A DNA stretch of 64,000 nt from Bacteroidia bacterium (GCA_965216465.1 CBDCFW010000003.1:318323-382322); one strand, 5' to 3'; shown: positions 31,078-41,169, numbered from the stretch's first letter. Made by a program: numbers and translations. The notes: a model not told the origin generated them from the sequence alone.

Positions 31078-32400
31078 ATGGCAGAATACAAATTGATCAT
31101 GCCCAAAATGGGTGAAAGTATAGCAGAAGCAACGATTATCTCTTGGTTGAAGAACGAAGGTGATGCAATTGAAATTGACGAAGCTGTACTCGAGATTGCT
31201 ACAGATAAGGTTGATAGTGAGGTTCCGAGTATGGAAGCCGGTGTTTTAACCAAAAAACTGTTTAATGAAGGAGATGTAGTTAAGGTCGGTGAGCCAGTTG
31301 CTTTGATTAGCACAGAAGGTGACGCACCAGTAGCTACTGAAGCTCCAGCAGCCGTTGAAGCTCCTCAAGAATCTCCTGTTGCTGCCGTAGAATCTACTAT
31401 TTCTGCTGCTAAAGAAGTAGTAAGCACTCCACTTCCTACCAATGGAAGTTCTGACCGATTCTATTCTCCACTTGTGATGAATATTGCCAGAACGGAAGGT
31501 ATTCCAATGGCAGAATTAGAAGCAATTCCTGGAACAGGTAAAGATGGTCGAGTTACCAAAAGAGATATTCTTTCTTACCTAGAAAATGGAAGAACACAAA
31601 CTGCAGCGGCTCCTCAACCTCAGGTAGAAGCTAAGCCAGTTGCTAAACCAACTCCAGCACCAGCTGCTAGTCCAAGCGTTGATCTTAATCCAGGCGATGA
31701 GATCATTGAAATGGATCGTATGCGTAAGCTTATTGCCGATCACATGGTAATGAGTAAGCAAACTTCTCCTCACGTTACTTCATTTGTTGAAGCAGATGTA
31801 ACTAACTTAGTAAACTGGAGAAATAAGATTAAAGGTGAATTTAAAGCTAGAGAGGGCGAAAACTTTACCTTCACTCCTATTTTTATTGAAGCTATTGTAA
31901 AAGCGATTAAAGACTTCCCGTTAATCAACGTTTCGGTTAGTGGAGATAAAATTATCAAGCATAAAGGCATAAATATTGGAATGGCTGCTGCTTTACCAAG
32001 CGGAAACCTAATTGTTCCTGTAATTAAAAACGCCGACTTTATGAACCTAACCGGTCTTGCAAAAACCGTTAACGACCTAGCTAACAGAGCACGAGCTAAC
32101 CAATTGAAGCCAGATGAAATTCAAGGTGGAACGTATACTGTTACTAATGTAGGTACATTTGGAAACGTTTTAGGTACCCCTATCATTAACCAACCTCAAG
32201 TTGCAATTATGGCTATGGGTGCTATCGTTAAGAAGCCTGCAGTGATTGAAACTGAACACGGTGATATGATTGGTATTCGTCATAAAATGTTCTTATCGCA
32301 CTCTTACGACCATAGAGTTGTTGATGGTGCTTTAGGAGGAATGTTTGTTCGTCGTGTTGCTGATTACCTTGAGCAATGGGATGTTAACCGCGAAGTTTAG
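31078..32400 (+). CDS. 2-oxoacid dehydrogenase E2 (dihydrolipoamide acyltransferase)
   Basis: Lipoyl domain ATDKVDSE, PSBD GTGKDGRVTK, SYDHRVVDG. Confidence 0.93.
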   Translation: MAEYKLIMPKMGESIAEATIISWLKNEGDAIEIDEAVLEIATDKVDSEVPSMEAGVLTKKLFNEGDVVKVGEPVALISTEGDAPVATEAPAAVEAPQESPVAAVESTISAAKEVVSTPLPTNGSSDRFYSPLVMNIARTEGIPMAELEAIPGTGKDGRVTKRDILSYLENGRTQTAAAPQPQVEAKPVAKPTPAPAASPSVDLNPGDEIIEMDRMRKLIADHMVMSKQTSPHVTSFVEADVTNLVNWRNKIKGEFKAREGENFTFTPIFIEAIVKAIKDFPLINVSVSGDKIIKHKGINIGMAAALPSGNLIVPVIKNADFMNLTGLAKTVNDLANRARANQLKPDEIQGGTYTVTNVGTFGNVLGTPIINQPQVAIMAMGAIVKKPAVIETEHGDMIGIRHKMFLSHSYDHRVVDGALGGMFVRRVADYLEQWDVNREV

Positions 32401-32402
32401 GG

Positions 32403-32429
32403 GGGTTAAGAGGGTTAAGAGGGTTAAGG
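32403..32429 (+). repeat. Three tandem 9-bp units (GGGTTAAGA)
   Basis: GGGTTAAGA GGGTTAAGA GGGTTAAGG right after the E2 stop codon. Confidence 0.8.
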
Positions 32430-32454
32430 AGTTCCTTGATATTTTTTTGAAACC

Positions 32455-33204
32455 ATGAAATCTGTTATTTTCATTCCAGCTCGACTTGAGTCTACTCGAT
32501 TTCCAAACAAACCTTTGGCATTGATTAATGGCAAGCCTATGATTCAGTGGGTATACGAAGCCTGCGAAAAGAGTCAAGCCACTGAAGTATTTATTGTTAC
32601 CGATAGCCAAGAAATAATTGATAAGGTCGAAGAATTTGACGGTCAGGCTATTCTAACCTCGGTAAATCCACAGAATGGAACAGAACGTTGTCAAGAAGCT
32701 ATGGACATTCTTGAGTCTGAAGGCCAAGAATACGATGTAATTATTAACGTTCAAGGAGACGAACCGTTGGTATCTCCTCGCGATATAGATATCATTTTAG
32801 ACCTCTTTGGTGAAGATGACATTGATGTGGCTACTTTGTTGAAGCCTATCACATCAGAAGAAGAATATCGCAATCCAAACGTTGTAAAAGCCGTTCCAAC
32901 GAGTTTCGAAGATGGATTCTGTGATGTGTGCTATTTCAGCAGATCTCCTATTCCACATATGGACAGTTTCATCCCGGAAATGGCATTTAAACACATCGGA
33001 ATCTACGGCTTTACAGCTACTGCGTTTGAAGAAATCAGAAATATGCCCCCTACCAACTTAGAAGATGTAGAACGTTTGGAGCAGTTGAGATGGTTACAAA
33101 ATCACATCGTTATTTCGGCAGCAGTCACTGAAACAAATCTTATTGGGGTTGATACACCAGAAGATTTGAAGCTTGTTGAAAATATCTTGAAATCGAAATC
33201 TTAA
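32455..33204 (+). CDS. kdsB: 3-deoxy-manno-octulosonate cytidylyltransferase
   Basis: IPARLESTRFPNKPL, NVQGDEP, YFSRSPIP, ERLEQLRWL. Confidence 0.95.
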   Translation: MKSVIFIPARLESTRFPNKPLALINGKPMIQWVYEACEKSQATEVFIVTDSQEIIDKVEEFDGQAILTSVNPQNGTERCQEAMDILESEGQEYDVIINVQGDEPLVSPRDIDIILDLFGEDDIDVATLLKPITSEEEYRNPNVVKAVPTSFEDGFCDVCYFSRSPIPHMDSFIPEMAFKHIGIYGFTATAFEEIRNMPPTNLEDVERLEQLRWLQNHIVISAAVTETNLIGVDTPEDLKLVENILKSKS

Positions 33205-33320
33205 GAAGACTTCGCATACATTAAAAATTGGAGTACATTTGTATCCCGTACAGATACGGAAGGTCTTGGCTCGATTGGCTTAATTCTTTTCCCTTTTTTA
33301 CACTTTTTTAAAACAAATTT

Positions 33321-34925
33321 ATGGACACAAAATACGTTTTCGTAACCGGCGGAGTTACATCATCATTGGGAAAGGGAATCATCTCAGCATCGCTGGCTAA
33401 GCTACTGCAAACCAGAGGTTACCGTGTTACAATTCAAAAATTCGACCCCTATTTGAACGTCGATCCGGGAACGATGAATCCGTACGAACACGGAGAGTGT
33501 TACGTTACCGACGATGGAGCTGAAACCGACTTAGATCTTGGTCATTACGAACGTTTCTTAAATGTTCCTACTTCTCAAGCAAATAACGTTACTACAGGAA
33601 GAGTTTATTCTACTGTAATCAACAACGAGCGAGAAGGCAAATACCTAGGTAAAACGGTACAGATTATACCTCATGTAACTGATGAAATTCAACGTAGAAT
33701 GAAGATTCTAGGTGAAAGTGGTGATTACGATATTGTTATTACGGAGCTTGGAGGAACTGTTGGTGATATTGAATCGCTACCATATGTTGAATCTGTACGT
33801 CAACTAAAAAGAAAATTGGGAAGTGATGATTCTGTTGTGATTCACTTAACTCTAATCCCCTACCTATCGGCTGCTGGTGAGTTAAAAACCAAACCAACAC
33901 AGCACTCGGTACAAAAACTATTGGAAGCTGGGGTTCAACCAGACATTTTAGTTTGCCGTACCGAGCATAAATTGAATTCTGACATTAGAAGAAAGATTTC
34001 CTTGTTCTGTAACGTAAATCAGAATGCCGTAATTGAAAGTATTGATGTTGATACGATTTACGACGTTCCGTTGATGATGGAAAAAGAGAAGCTTGATCGT
34101 GTTGTATTGGCTAAGCTTCGACTTCCAACCAATAAAGATGCGGAATTGGACAAATGGAAAGATTTCCTTTTCAAGCTAAAACACCCGAAAGCTGAAGTAA
34201 ACATAGCAATCGTGGGTAAATATGTTGAGTTGCCAGATGCGTATAAATCAATAAACGAGGCATTTATTCACGCTGGTGCTGAAAATGAATGTAAGGTTCA
34301 TTTAAGCCACATCCATTCCGAAAACATTAATGATGATAATGTAAAGGAAAGACTAAAAGGACTAGATGGTGTATTGGTTGCTCCTGGATTTGGTGATCGT
34401 GGAATTGAAGGTAAAATTCAAACCATCAAGTACTTAAGAGAGAACAAGATTCCATTTTTTGGGATTTGCCTAGGAATGCAATGTGCAGTAATTGAGTACG
34501 GTAGAAATGTTCTTGGATTGAAAGACGCTCACAGTACCGAAATGAAGAAATCTAAGCATCCAGTGATTGATATCATGGAAGCACAGAAATCGGTAAGTAA
34601 AAAGGGTGGTACAATGAGACTTGGTGCCTATAAATGTAAATTAGAGAAAGGCTCTAAGTCATACCAAGCCTATGGAAAACAGCTCATCTCAGAGCGACAC
34701 AGACATCGTTATGAGTTCAACAATAAATACCTCGAAGATTACGAAAAAGCTGGAATGAAGGCGGTTGGAATCAACCCAAACAATCATTTAGTTGAAGTTG
34801 TAGAGGTAGAAGATCATCCGTGGTTTGTTGGCGTACAATATCATCCAGAGCTAAAAAGCACAGTAGATGAACCTCATCCACTATTTGTACGCTTTGTGAA
34901 GGCGGCACTTGACAACAAGAAATAG
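33321..34925 (+). CDS. pyrG: CTP synthase
   Basis: [29 protein letters not shown]. Confidence 0.97.
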   Translation: MDTKYVFVTGGVTSSLGKGIISASLAKLLQTRGYRVTIQKFDPYLNVDPGTMNPYEHGECYVTDDGAETDLDLGHYERFLNVPTSQANNVTTGRVYSTVINNEREGKYLGKTVQIIPHVTDEIQRRMKILGESGDYDIVITELGGTVGDIESLPYVESVRQLKRKLGSDDSVVIHLTLIPYLSAAGELKTKPTQHSVQKLLEAGVQPDILVCRTEHKLNSDIRRKISLFCNVNQNAVIESIDVDTIYDVPLMMEKEKLDRVVLAKLRLPTNKDAELDKWKDFLFKLKHPKAEVNIAIVGKYVELPDAYKSINEAFIHAGAENECKVHLSHIHSENINDDNVKERLKGLDGVLVAPGFGDRGIEGKIQTIKYLRENKIPFFGICLGMQCAVIEYGRNVLGLKDAHSTEMKKSKHPVIDIMEAQKSVSKKGGTMRLGAYKCKLEKGSKSYQAYGKQLISERHRHRYEFNNKYLEDYEKAGMKAVGINPNNHLVEVVEVEDHPWFVGVQYHPELKSTVDEPHPLFVRFVKAALDNKK

Positions 34926-35038
34926 TCTTGTTGTAGACATCTGATTAGCTTATGATTAAGATGATTCGTCTTTATGAACTTAATCATAATTCTTAACATT
35001 ACATCACAGTGATTATGCTCTATATTTGTTAGCAACAA

Positions 35039-35884
35039 ATGTTTACAGCACAAGACCTAGAAGGTGCTTCTCGGCGAAAAGACCTCATCGCAATCGCAAA
35101 TGAGAAGGACTTTAATATTCAAAAAATTTTAGACCGTCTGCGGTATGAGCAAGAGTTAAAATGGCTCCAAGCAGAATTGGTAAATCTTCAAAACTATGTA
35201 ACCAAGAAGAACCTCAGAGTTGCGGTGATCTTCGAAGGAAGAGACGCCTCGGGTAAAGGAGGTGCGATTAAGCGCTTTACAGAGCATTTAAATCCCCGTT
35301 CTACACGTGTTGTAGCGCTCAACAAGCCTACTGAGATTGAACAAGGACAATGGTACTTTAGAAGGTATATTAAAGAGCTTCCCAACAAAGGTGAGATTGT
35401 ATTCTTTGACAGAAGCTGGTATAATCGAGCAGTAGTTGAACCTGTAATGGGATTCTGTACTAAAAAGCAGTACGACGTTTTTATGTCTCAGGTAACCGAG
35501 TTTGAGCATATGCTTTACGAAGCGGGAATCGTCATCATCAAATTCTGGTTCTCCGTTTCAAAAGAAGAACAAAAGAAACGCTTTGACTCACGCCTTGACA
35601 ATCCTTTAAAAGTGTGGAAGTTCAGCCCAGTTGATATGAAGGGTCAACAATTATGGAACAAGTATACCAAGTATAAAGAGCTGATGTTTGCAAAAACGCA
35701 TACCACTTTTAGTCCTTGGATTATTGTTAAAACCAACAATAAAAAAGTGGCCCGTATTGAATCGATTAGACACGTGCTATCGCGGTTCAACTATACCGGA
35801 AAGGCAAATGCAAAAACTACTGTCCTTCCCGACCCCAATGTTATTATAAGATATCACAGACACGTAGAGCAAATTGACATATAA
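35039..35884 (+). CDS. ppk2: Polyphosphate kinase 2
   Basis: FEGRDASGKGG, FDRSWYNRA. Confidence 0.93.
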   Translation: MFTAQDLEGASRRKDLIAIANEKDFNIQKILDRLRYEQELKWLQAELVNLQNYVTKKNLRVAVIFEGRDASGKGGAIKRFTEHLNPRSTRVVALNKPTEIEQGQWYFRRYIKELPNKGEIVFFDRSWYNRAVVEPVMGFCTKKQYDVFMSQVTEFEHMLYEAGIVIIKFWFSVSKEEQKKRFDSRLDNPLKVWKFSPVDMKGQQLWNKYTKYKELMFAKTHTTFSPWIIVKTNNKKVARIESIRHVLSRFNYTGKANAKTTVLPDPNVIIRYHRHVEQIDI

Positions 35885-36666
35885 TGAATACTAAATCACA
35901 ACAACAACTATCAGAAGAAGATGTAAAACTTCTCAATTCAAAGATCGGATTGCGGTATTTATTTGCCGATAAAAACACAGATATTCAAAAGGCATTACGC
36001 ATGACGCGTTATGAAGTTGAACTTCGTGAATTGCAGGCTGAATTGGTTCTCGCCCAAGATTGGATTATCAAAAATGATAAAAAAGTAGTGGTGATTTTTG
36101 AAGGACGTGATGCTGCCGGAAAAGGTGGTGCCATTCGTAGAATCACGGCACACATCAACCCGCGTCATTTTAGAATAGTGGCTTTACCTAAACCTTCGCA
36201 TGAAGAACGCGGACAATGGTATTTTCAACGCTATGTGAATCAGCTTCCAAAACCAGGCGAAATGGTGTTATTTGACCGTTCGTGGTATAACAGAGCAGTA
36301 GTAGAGCCAGTAAATAATTTCTGTACTCCAGACGAGTATCAAACCTTTATGGGTCAAGTAAATGATTTTGAGCGTATGATTACCGAATCGGGTACGTATC
36401 TTTTTAAGTTCTACTATTCGATAACAAAAGAAGAACAGGCACGTAGATTTGAAGACATCCGAAACAGTCCGCTCAAGCGATGGAAAATGAGTCCGCTTGA
36501 TGAGAAAGCACAGGATCTATGGGATCACTACACCGACTACAAAGTCAAAATGTTTGAGCAGACCAATACAGATGCGGCTCCATGGGTAATCATTGAAGCT
36601 GATAGAAAGACAAAGGCCAGAATTGCTGCTTTAAAGCACATTCTTGACCATATACCGTACAAGTAA
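35884..36666 (+). CDS. ppk2: Polyphosphate kinase 2 (tandem paralog)
   Basis: FEGRDAAGKGG, FDRSWYNRA; TAATG stop/start overlap with the first copy. Confidence 0.93.
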   Translation: MNTKSQQQLSEEDVKLLNSKIGLRYLFADKNTDIQKALRMTRYEVELRELQAELVLAQDWIIKNDKKVVVIFEGRDAAGKGGAIRRITAHINPRHFRIVALPKPSHEERGQWYFQRYVNQLPKPGEMVLFDRSWYNRAVVEPVNNFCTPDEYQTFMGQVNDFERMITESGTYLFKFYYSITKEEQARRFEDIRNSPLKRWKMSPLDEKAQDLWDHYTDYKVKMFEQTNTDAAPWVIIEADRKTKARIAALKHILDHIPYK

Positions 36667-37182
36667 TTACTTGATTCTCAAATTTCGGGTAACCCCTACC
36701 CCTATTGCTTGAAGATCGTCGATGCCTTCTTCAGTAGAAATGTAATCGAAGTACGCAAAGAAATTCCAGTTGTCGGTATGAATACCTGCATGTGGTCTTG
36801 CAAAGATTCCATTCTCAACTAAAGGCATGTTGTTCACCAAGGCATAACCCACTTCAAGACCAGCAAAGAAACCTGTAGACTCGGGATAATAACGATACAG
36901 CACAGCGAGCGGCATAACGCCAATGTCGTCAGCATTGTCTTTTCCGAAGTAATTCAAGTACCCTACCTTTAATCCAATTCCTGAAGCTTTAGTTTCTAAG
37001 AATTGAACGCTAAGATCACCCCCTAAAGCAAAACTAGAACTGTTTCCAAAGCTTCCAATAGGAACACCGGCATTAACCCCTAATTTAAACCACGTGTTTG
37101 ATTTACTCACTTTAGAAAGATCTACTTGAGCAAATCCAAAGTTAAAAGCGAATAAAAAAAGAATAAGAAATAGTTTTTTCAT
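36667..37182 (-). CDS. Small outer-membrane beta-barrel protein
   Basis: Signal peptide MKKLFLILFLFAFNFGFA; alternating amphipathic strands; start reassigned to 37182. Confidence 0.7.
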   Translation of the reverse strand: MKKLFLILFLFAFNFGFAQVDLSKVSKSNTWFKLGVNAGVPIGSFGNSSSFALGGDLSVQFLETKASGIGLKVGYLNYFGKDNADDIGVMPLAVLYRYYPESTGFFAGLEVGYALVNNMPLVENGIFARPHAGIHTDNWNFFAYFDYISTEEGIDDLQAIGVGVTRNLRIK

Positions 37183-37360
37183 GATTGTTTGATTTTTATC
37201 AAATATAGATGATAGCACCCTAGTTCAGGACGCTTCGTTGTCATAATTTTTCTACAAGATGGGGTTTGTAATGGTTTTAGGTTTGCCGCATTGAACAAAT
37301 TCCGAGTAGTATTCAAATTGAATATTACTTCTTAAGAACTGTAATTTTCGGTTTACTAGA

Positions 37361-37398
37361 TCATAACAGTGTCCCGCCGATAGCGGGACACGTTATGG
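37361..37398. repeat. Short inverted repeat with AAC/GTT ends
   Basis: CATAAC-A-GTGTCCCGC-CGATA-GCGGGACAC-GTTATG. Confidence 0.75.
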
Positions 37399-37893
37399 TT
37401 ATCTTTTGGTTGCTTTTTTGAACAAGGTGCTATTAGGATGTTTATTCTGCGGTACCAATTCGAATTCGGCTTTTTCAAAAATCTTGAGCGAGGCAATATT
37501 TTCATTCATGCACCAAGCGATTAGATGTGAAACATCCTTGTTTGACCGCAGCGCTTGTTCGACCATGTAAACCGTTTCTTGGCCATATCCTCTGCCCCAG
37601 AAGTTCTTACCAAAGGAGAAGCCTATTTCTAGTTCATCTCGAAACTGGGTAAGCAATAATGTTCCAATTAGCTGATTGTCAGACTTTCGGCGAACACCGA
37701 GTCTAAGCTTATTAGACTCTGCATCAGCTTTGCTGATCATATCGAACGCATCTTCCATTGAATTTAGAGGCTTATTGCGCCGGTATTGCATTGCCACCTT
37801 ATCGGAATAGAATACGAACAAAGTGCGTGCATCACTTTCTGTTAATGCCGAAGCAAATATGCGATGGCTATTCAGTGGGAGTTGGTTCAACAT
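37399..37893 (-). CDS. GNAT family N-acetyltransferase
   Basis: EIGF.....FWGRGYG.E, NIASLKIFEK. Confidence 0.85.
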   Translation of the reverse strand: MLNQLPLNSHRIFASALTESDARTLFVFYSDKVAMQYRRNKPLNSMEDAFDMISKADAESNKLRLGVRRKSDNQLIGTLLLTQFRDELEIGFSFGKNFWGRGYGQETVYMVEQALRSNKDVSHLIAWCMNENIASLKIFEKAEFELVPQNKHPNSTLFKKATKR

Positions 37894-37913
37894 GGTAACT
37901 AAAATGGTGAGGA

Positions 37914-38597
37914 TTAAGACTCCGAGTTATCTCCTTTCTTTTGGTCGGATTTTTTGACTTTGTCTTCTGCACTCTTAATCTTTTTCTCTGCCTTTTTCAT
38001 ATTCTCGTTGGCTTCGTTTATACGGTCTTCAGCTTTTTTAATCTGCTCTTGCTTGGCTTCATATTCTTCTTCTGAAATTTCTCCGTCTTCTCTTTGTTGC
38101 TCTACTCTTGCCTTCGCTTCTTCCACTTTTTCGCGAGCTTGAGCTTGTTTTTCTTCAGACTTTTCTTTCTTCACTTTGGCTTCTTCAACCTTGTTTTTAG
38201 CCTTGTTTCGTGCCTCTTCTGCAGTTGCTTGACCAAAGTCTCGGCCTTCAAGATCTCCTTTGTTCTGGCCACGGTGTTTGCCTTTGTCACCATCTTTTTC
38301 TTTGTTCTTTCCTTTCGCCTTGCCTTTTCCGTCTCCGTCATCATCCGCATCGTCTCGGTCTGCCTCCTCCCGATCATCGTTGTCTTCACGTTCATCTTCA
38401 TCGCGGTCGTCGTTTTCCCTTTCTGCATCTTCGCGATCTTCGTGTGAGTTCACATCTTTATCTGATATTTCAACGGCTCTTTCGTTTCTTTCGGCTGCTT
38501 TTTCTTCTTTTTTAGCCTGACCTTTTCCTTTATTGTTTTGTGCATCTGCTTGAAATCCGATCAAGAACAGTGCAACTAAAAATAGTATTACTTTCAT
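37914..38597 (-). CDS. Secreted, highly charged low-complexity/coiled-coil protein
   Basis: Signal peptide; D/E/R-rich tract followed by K/E/A heptads. Confidence 0.75.
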   Translation of the reverse strand: MKVILFLVALFLIGFQADAQNNKGKGQAKKEEKAAERNERAVEISDKDVNSHEDREDAERENDDRDEDEREDNDDREEADRDDADDDGDGKGKAKGKNKEKDGDKGKHRGQNKGDLEGRDFGQATAEEARNKAKNKVEEAKVKKEKSEEKQAQAREKVEEAKARVEQQREDGEISEEEYEAKQEQIKKAEDRINEANENMKKAEKKIKSAEDKVKKSDQKKGDNSES

Positions 38598-38608
38598 TTT
38601 GTTTGCTT

Positions 38609-38806
38609 TTAAATTCCTTCTAATAAACTGTCTACATCGTGTTCCATATCACTTGCCTCTTGTTCTAAGGCCTCCATGGCTTCGGCCGCTTCTTGTTCTG
38701 CGGCTTCCATTTCAATAGTTTCTTCTTTGTACTCTTCGTTCTGTTCTTGGTTGCATGCCACTAATGCTACCCCGAGCAATGCACATGCGTAAATAAATTT
38801 TTTCAT
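38609..38806 (-). CDS. Small acidic lipoprotein
   Basis: MKKFIYACALLGVALVAC lipobox; E/A-rich helix. Confidence 0.7.
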   Translation of the reverse strand: MKKFIYACALLGVALVACNQEQNEEYKEETIEMEAAEQEAAEAMEALEQEASDMEHDVDSLLEGI

Positions 38807-38893
38807 AATAATTTCTCTTTTGAAGCTTGACCAAAGTTAGGTAAAAAGGGTGAAAAGTGCTATTTAGACTTTATAAAAAAGGATCATTGCAAC

Positions 38894-39826
38894 CTAGTAA
38901 TAAGTAATTTCTCGTAATTGTCCAGAAACTAGATTACCATTGATAAACACAAGAATAGTTGTCCAATTATCGTGCTCGTCATAGACATACTCAAAAGAAG
39001 TTATCGACTTTTCTCCTTTTATATTACAACTTTCAAAAGAAAGCCAATCGCCGATCTGGTTGTACGTAAAATTAAACCGAGTAGAAGTAAATTCACCGTT
39101 AATAAATGATGAATCTAAGAATAGTTTGTCTTCTTTATAATAATTGATTTTTTTCTGTCGAAAACTCTTTCTTCGAATTTCATGACCAACATCAGAAGTA
39201 ATACTCTTAAATAAATCTTGATTTAAGTCATAGAAGAATATAGTTTCATTATATGATGATGTATCACTGCCATATATCGTGTACAACCTAAAATGTGATT
39301 CTACCTTCCCCTCAAAGTTGTATTGGTAATATTCAGACATTCTTGGAAAAAGACCCAAATAATTCGCACCATTAAAATAATCAATAGATTTTGGTTTTTT
39401 GGGAAAGTGGGTGGGCTTAATTGAATCTAATCTTTTCGTCCAGGCGACACGAGAGTAGTAGTATATGTGACTGGAGCTATCGACAATATTCTTTTGGTAT
39501 ATATCAAAATAGCTCATCCTTTTTCCTATCAGCAATCTATTTTTATATAAATAATCTTCGTTAAGTCTATAATCTTCTCCACTTGTATAAACACGAGTAA
39601 TTTGTCCATGTCTGTTGTAGGAATAAAGTGTGTAAATAGAATCTATCCCATACTTACCCGTATCTAACGAAAAATTAGATGTATCGGCAATAACTAATCC
39701 TCCATAGTCTGCAATTTTGATAGTCTTCACCCGACCTTTTAATTCATAGTCTCTGTAAGTCTGTACAGTACATCCTGACAAGTAAATGATACCAAATGCA
39801 AATACAAATGAATAGACAGATTTCAC
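38894..39826 (-). CDS. Hypothetical lipoprotein with YD/RHS-like repeats
   Basis: LSGC lipobox; LKGRVKTI, YSYNRHGQ, YNFEGK, YVYDEHDNWT. Confidence 0.6.
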   Translation of the reverse strand: MKSVYSFVFAFGIIYLSGCTVQTYRDYELKGRVKTIKIADYGGLVIADTSNFSLDTGKYGIDSIYTLYSYNRHGQITRVYTSGEDYRLNEDYLYKNRLLIGKRMSYFDIYQKNIVDSSSHIYYYSRVAWTKRLDSIKPTHFPKKPKSIDYFNGANYLGLFPRMSEYYQYNFEGKVESHFRLYTIYGSDTSSYNETIFFYDLNQDLFKSITSDVGHEIRRKSFRQKKINYYKEDKLFLDSSFINGEFTSTRFNFTYNQIGDWLSFESCNIKGEKSITSFEYVYDEHDNWTTILVFINGNLVSGQLREITYY

Positions 39827-39876
39827 GCTTGCAAAGTAGTAAATTAGAGGGTGTCATTTAAATTTGAAGAGAAAAA

Positions 39877-40218
39877 ATGTCTATGTACACCAACGATTTC
39901 TGTCTATTCTTAGAATTTCATTTAAGTAAATGCTTGTTCGAAGAGACCGACCCTGAAATTAAGGGATTCTGGTGTGATGGCGTAGACTATAATGGAGAAA
40001 CTGATCAGCAGGTTATAGGGTTAAAACGCGTTAAGACGATTGCTTATCTGGGTAAATCAGGACAAGAACCTTACACCATGATAATCAACTTTGGAAACCG
40101 GTCAATTGATGCATTGAAGAATCGCACTCCCCTTGAACATTGTGTTCCCGAAGAAGGCAGAACTGACTGGTATGTAATTGATTTGGATGAAAAGGAGATT
40201 GAGTTGTTTTTGAGGTAG
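39877..40218 (+). CDS. Hypothetical protein
   Basis: 113-aa ORF with ATG start; GFWCDGV and GKSGQ..Y motifs look conserved. Confidence 0.65.
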   Translation: MSMYTNDFCLFLEFHLSKCLFEETDPEIKGFWCDGVDYNGETDQQVIGLKRVKTIAYLGKSGQEPYTMIINFGNRSIDALKNRTPLEHCVPEEGRTDWYVIDLDEKEIELFLR

Positions 40219-40265
40219 GACTAAAACAAGGAAGGAATTATACATTTTAATCCATTAAGATAGTT

Positions 40266-41054
40266 CTACTCACAGCAAGCGTCTAAGTTATACAATTCCG
40301 AAACTTCGGACTTTGATAAAGCTCTATCATAAATTATTACATCGTCAATTTTTCCTGTAAAGTACTTACCAATAAACAAGTCGCCTAAATCTTGAGCTGC
40401 ATACATTTCAGAACAATCTGCAGCACCTACAGTTGTATCATCTAGGTTTCCGTTAAAGTATAGTTGATAAGTATCCCCTTTTTTTACGGCAACTACATGA
40501 TGCCAACTACCAGTAACCGCATATACTTCTCCTTGGCAACCATTCGAAAAGCCAGTGAGTGTTTTTGCCCATACTGAGTTGTTGTGCCCAAACACAGCCC
40601 TTCTGCAGTCGAAAAGTCCAATTGACCACTCTCCACTTCGATCAGGACAACGTCTGCCATCATCACCCCTTCCAAGTAAAACTTCAAACTGGTCTCCTGC
40701 TCTTGAGCTGTCAAGAGGCAGATACCAGAGAGATATTGAAATGTCATTCAAGCCATTAAGAAAGTTTGAGTTTGAGGTGCTTAGATACTCCTCTGTTGTT
40801 TGTGAATTATCAAATAAAAAAGCACAGTTTAGATTTCCATTTCTATCTGATGTTGATTTTGCTAATGTTGAATTGGTTAAATCATTCGAATTTGCCGATC
40901 CATCTTCAATACTACCACCATTAAAAGGATAAAATGCAATTACTCCATCCTTTAGATTGGAAGGAAGACAGTCAATTTTAAATTCTGGGATGTCTTTGCA
41001 ACTTATAGCAAAAAATGGCAATAGTAAAATAATTAGCTTTTTATAGTTCCGCAT
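40266..41054 (-). CDS. LamG/concanavalin A-like domain lipoprotein
   Basis: AISC lipobox; AFYPFNG, DRNG, WHHVVAV, LYFNG, FTGKIDDVIIYDRALS. Confidence 0.85.
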   Translation of the reverse strand: MRNYKKLIILLLPFFAISCKDIPEFKIDCLPSNLKDGVIAFYPFNGGSIEDGSANSNDLTNSTLAKSTSDRNGNLNCAFLFDNSQTTEEYLSTSNSNFLNGLNDISISLWYLPLDSSRAGDQFEVLLGRGDDGRRCPDRSGEWSIGLFDCRRAVFGHNNSVWAKTLTGFSNGCQGEVYAVTGSWHHVVAVKKGDTYQLYFNGNLDDTTVGAADCSEMYAAQDLGDLFIGKYFTGKIDDVIIYDRALSKSEVSELYNLDACCE

Positions 41055-41169
41055 AAATGTCTAGATAGTAACGAACCTGAATCTTATTAAATTGTAACAT
41101 TAGCTTAATTCCAACTTTTGAGCGCTTGACTCAAATGCTTCATTACTTCAATTTATTTCAATATTCTCA

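Noticed and set aside
35039-36666. Tandem ppk2 as a recent duplication or novelty
   Set aside because: The copies are well diverged, and to my knowledge paired ppk2 genes are common in marine Bacteroidota
37954-38520. Several overlapping ORFs in multiple frames
   Set aside because: By-product of the low-complexity charged gene at 37914-38597, which lacks stops in other frames
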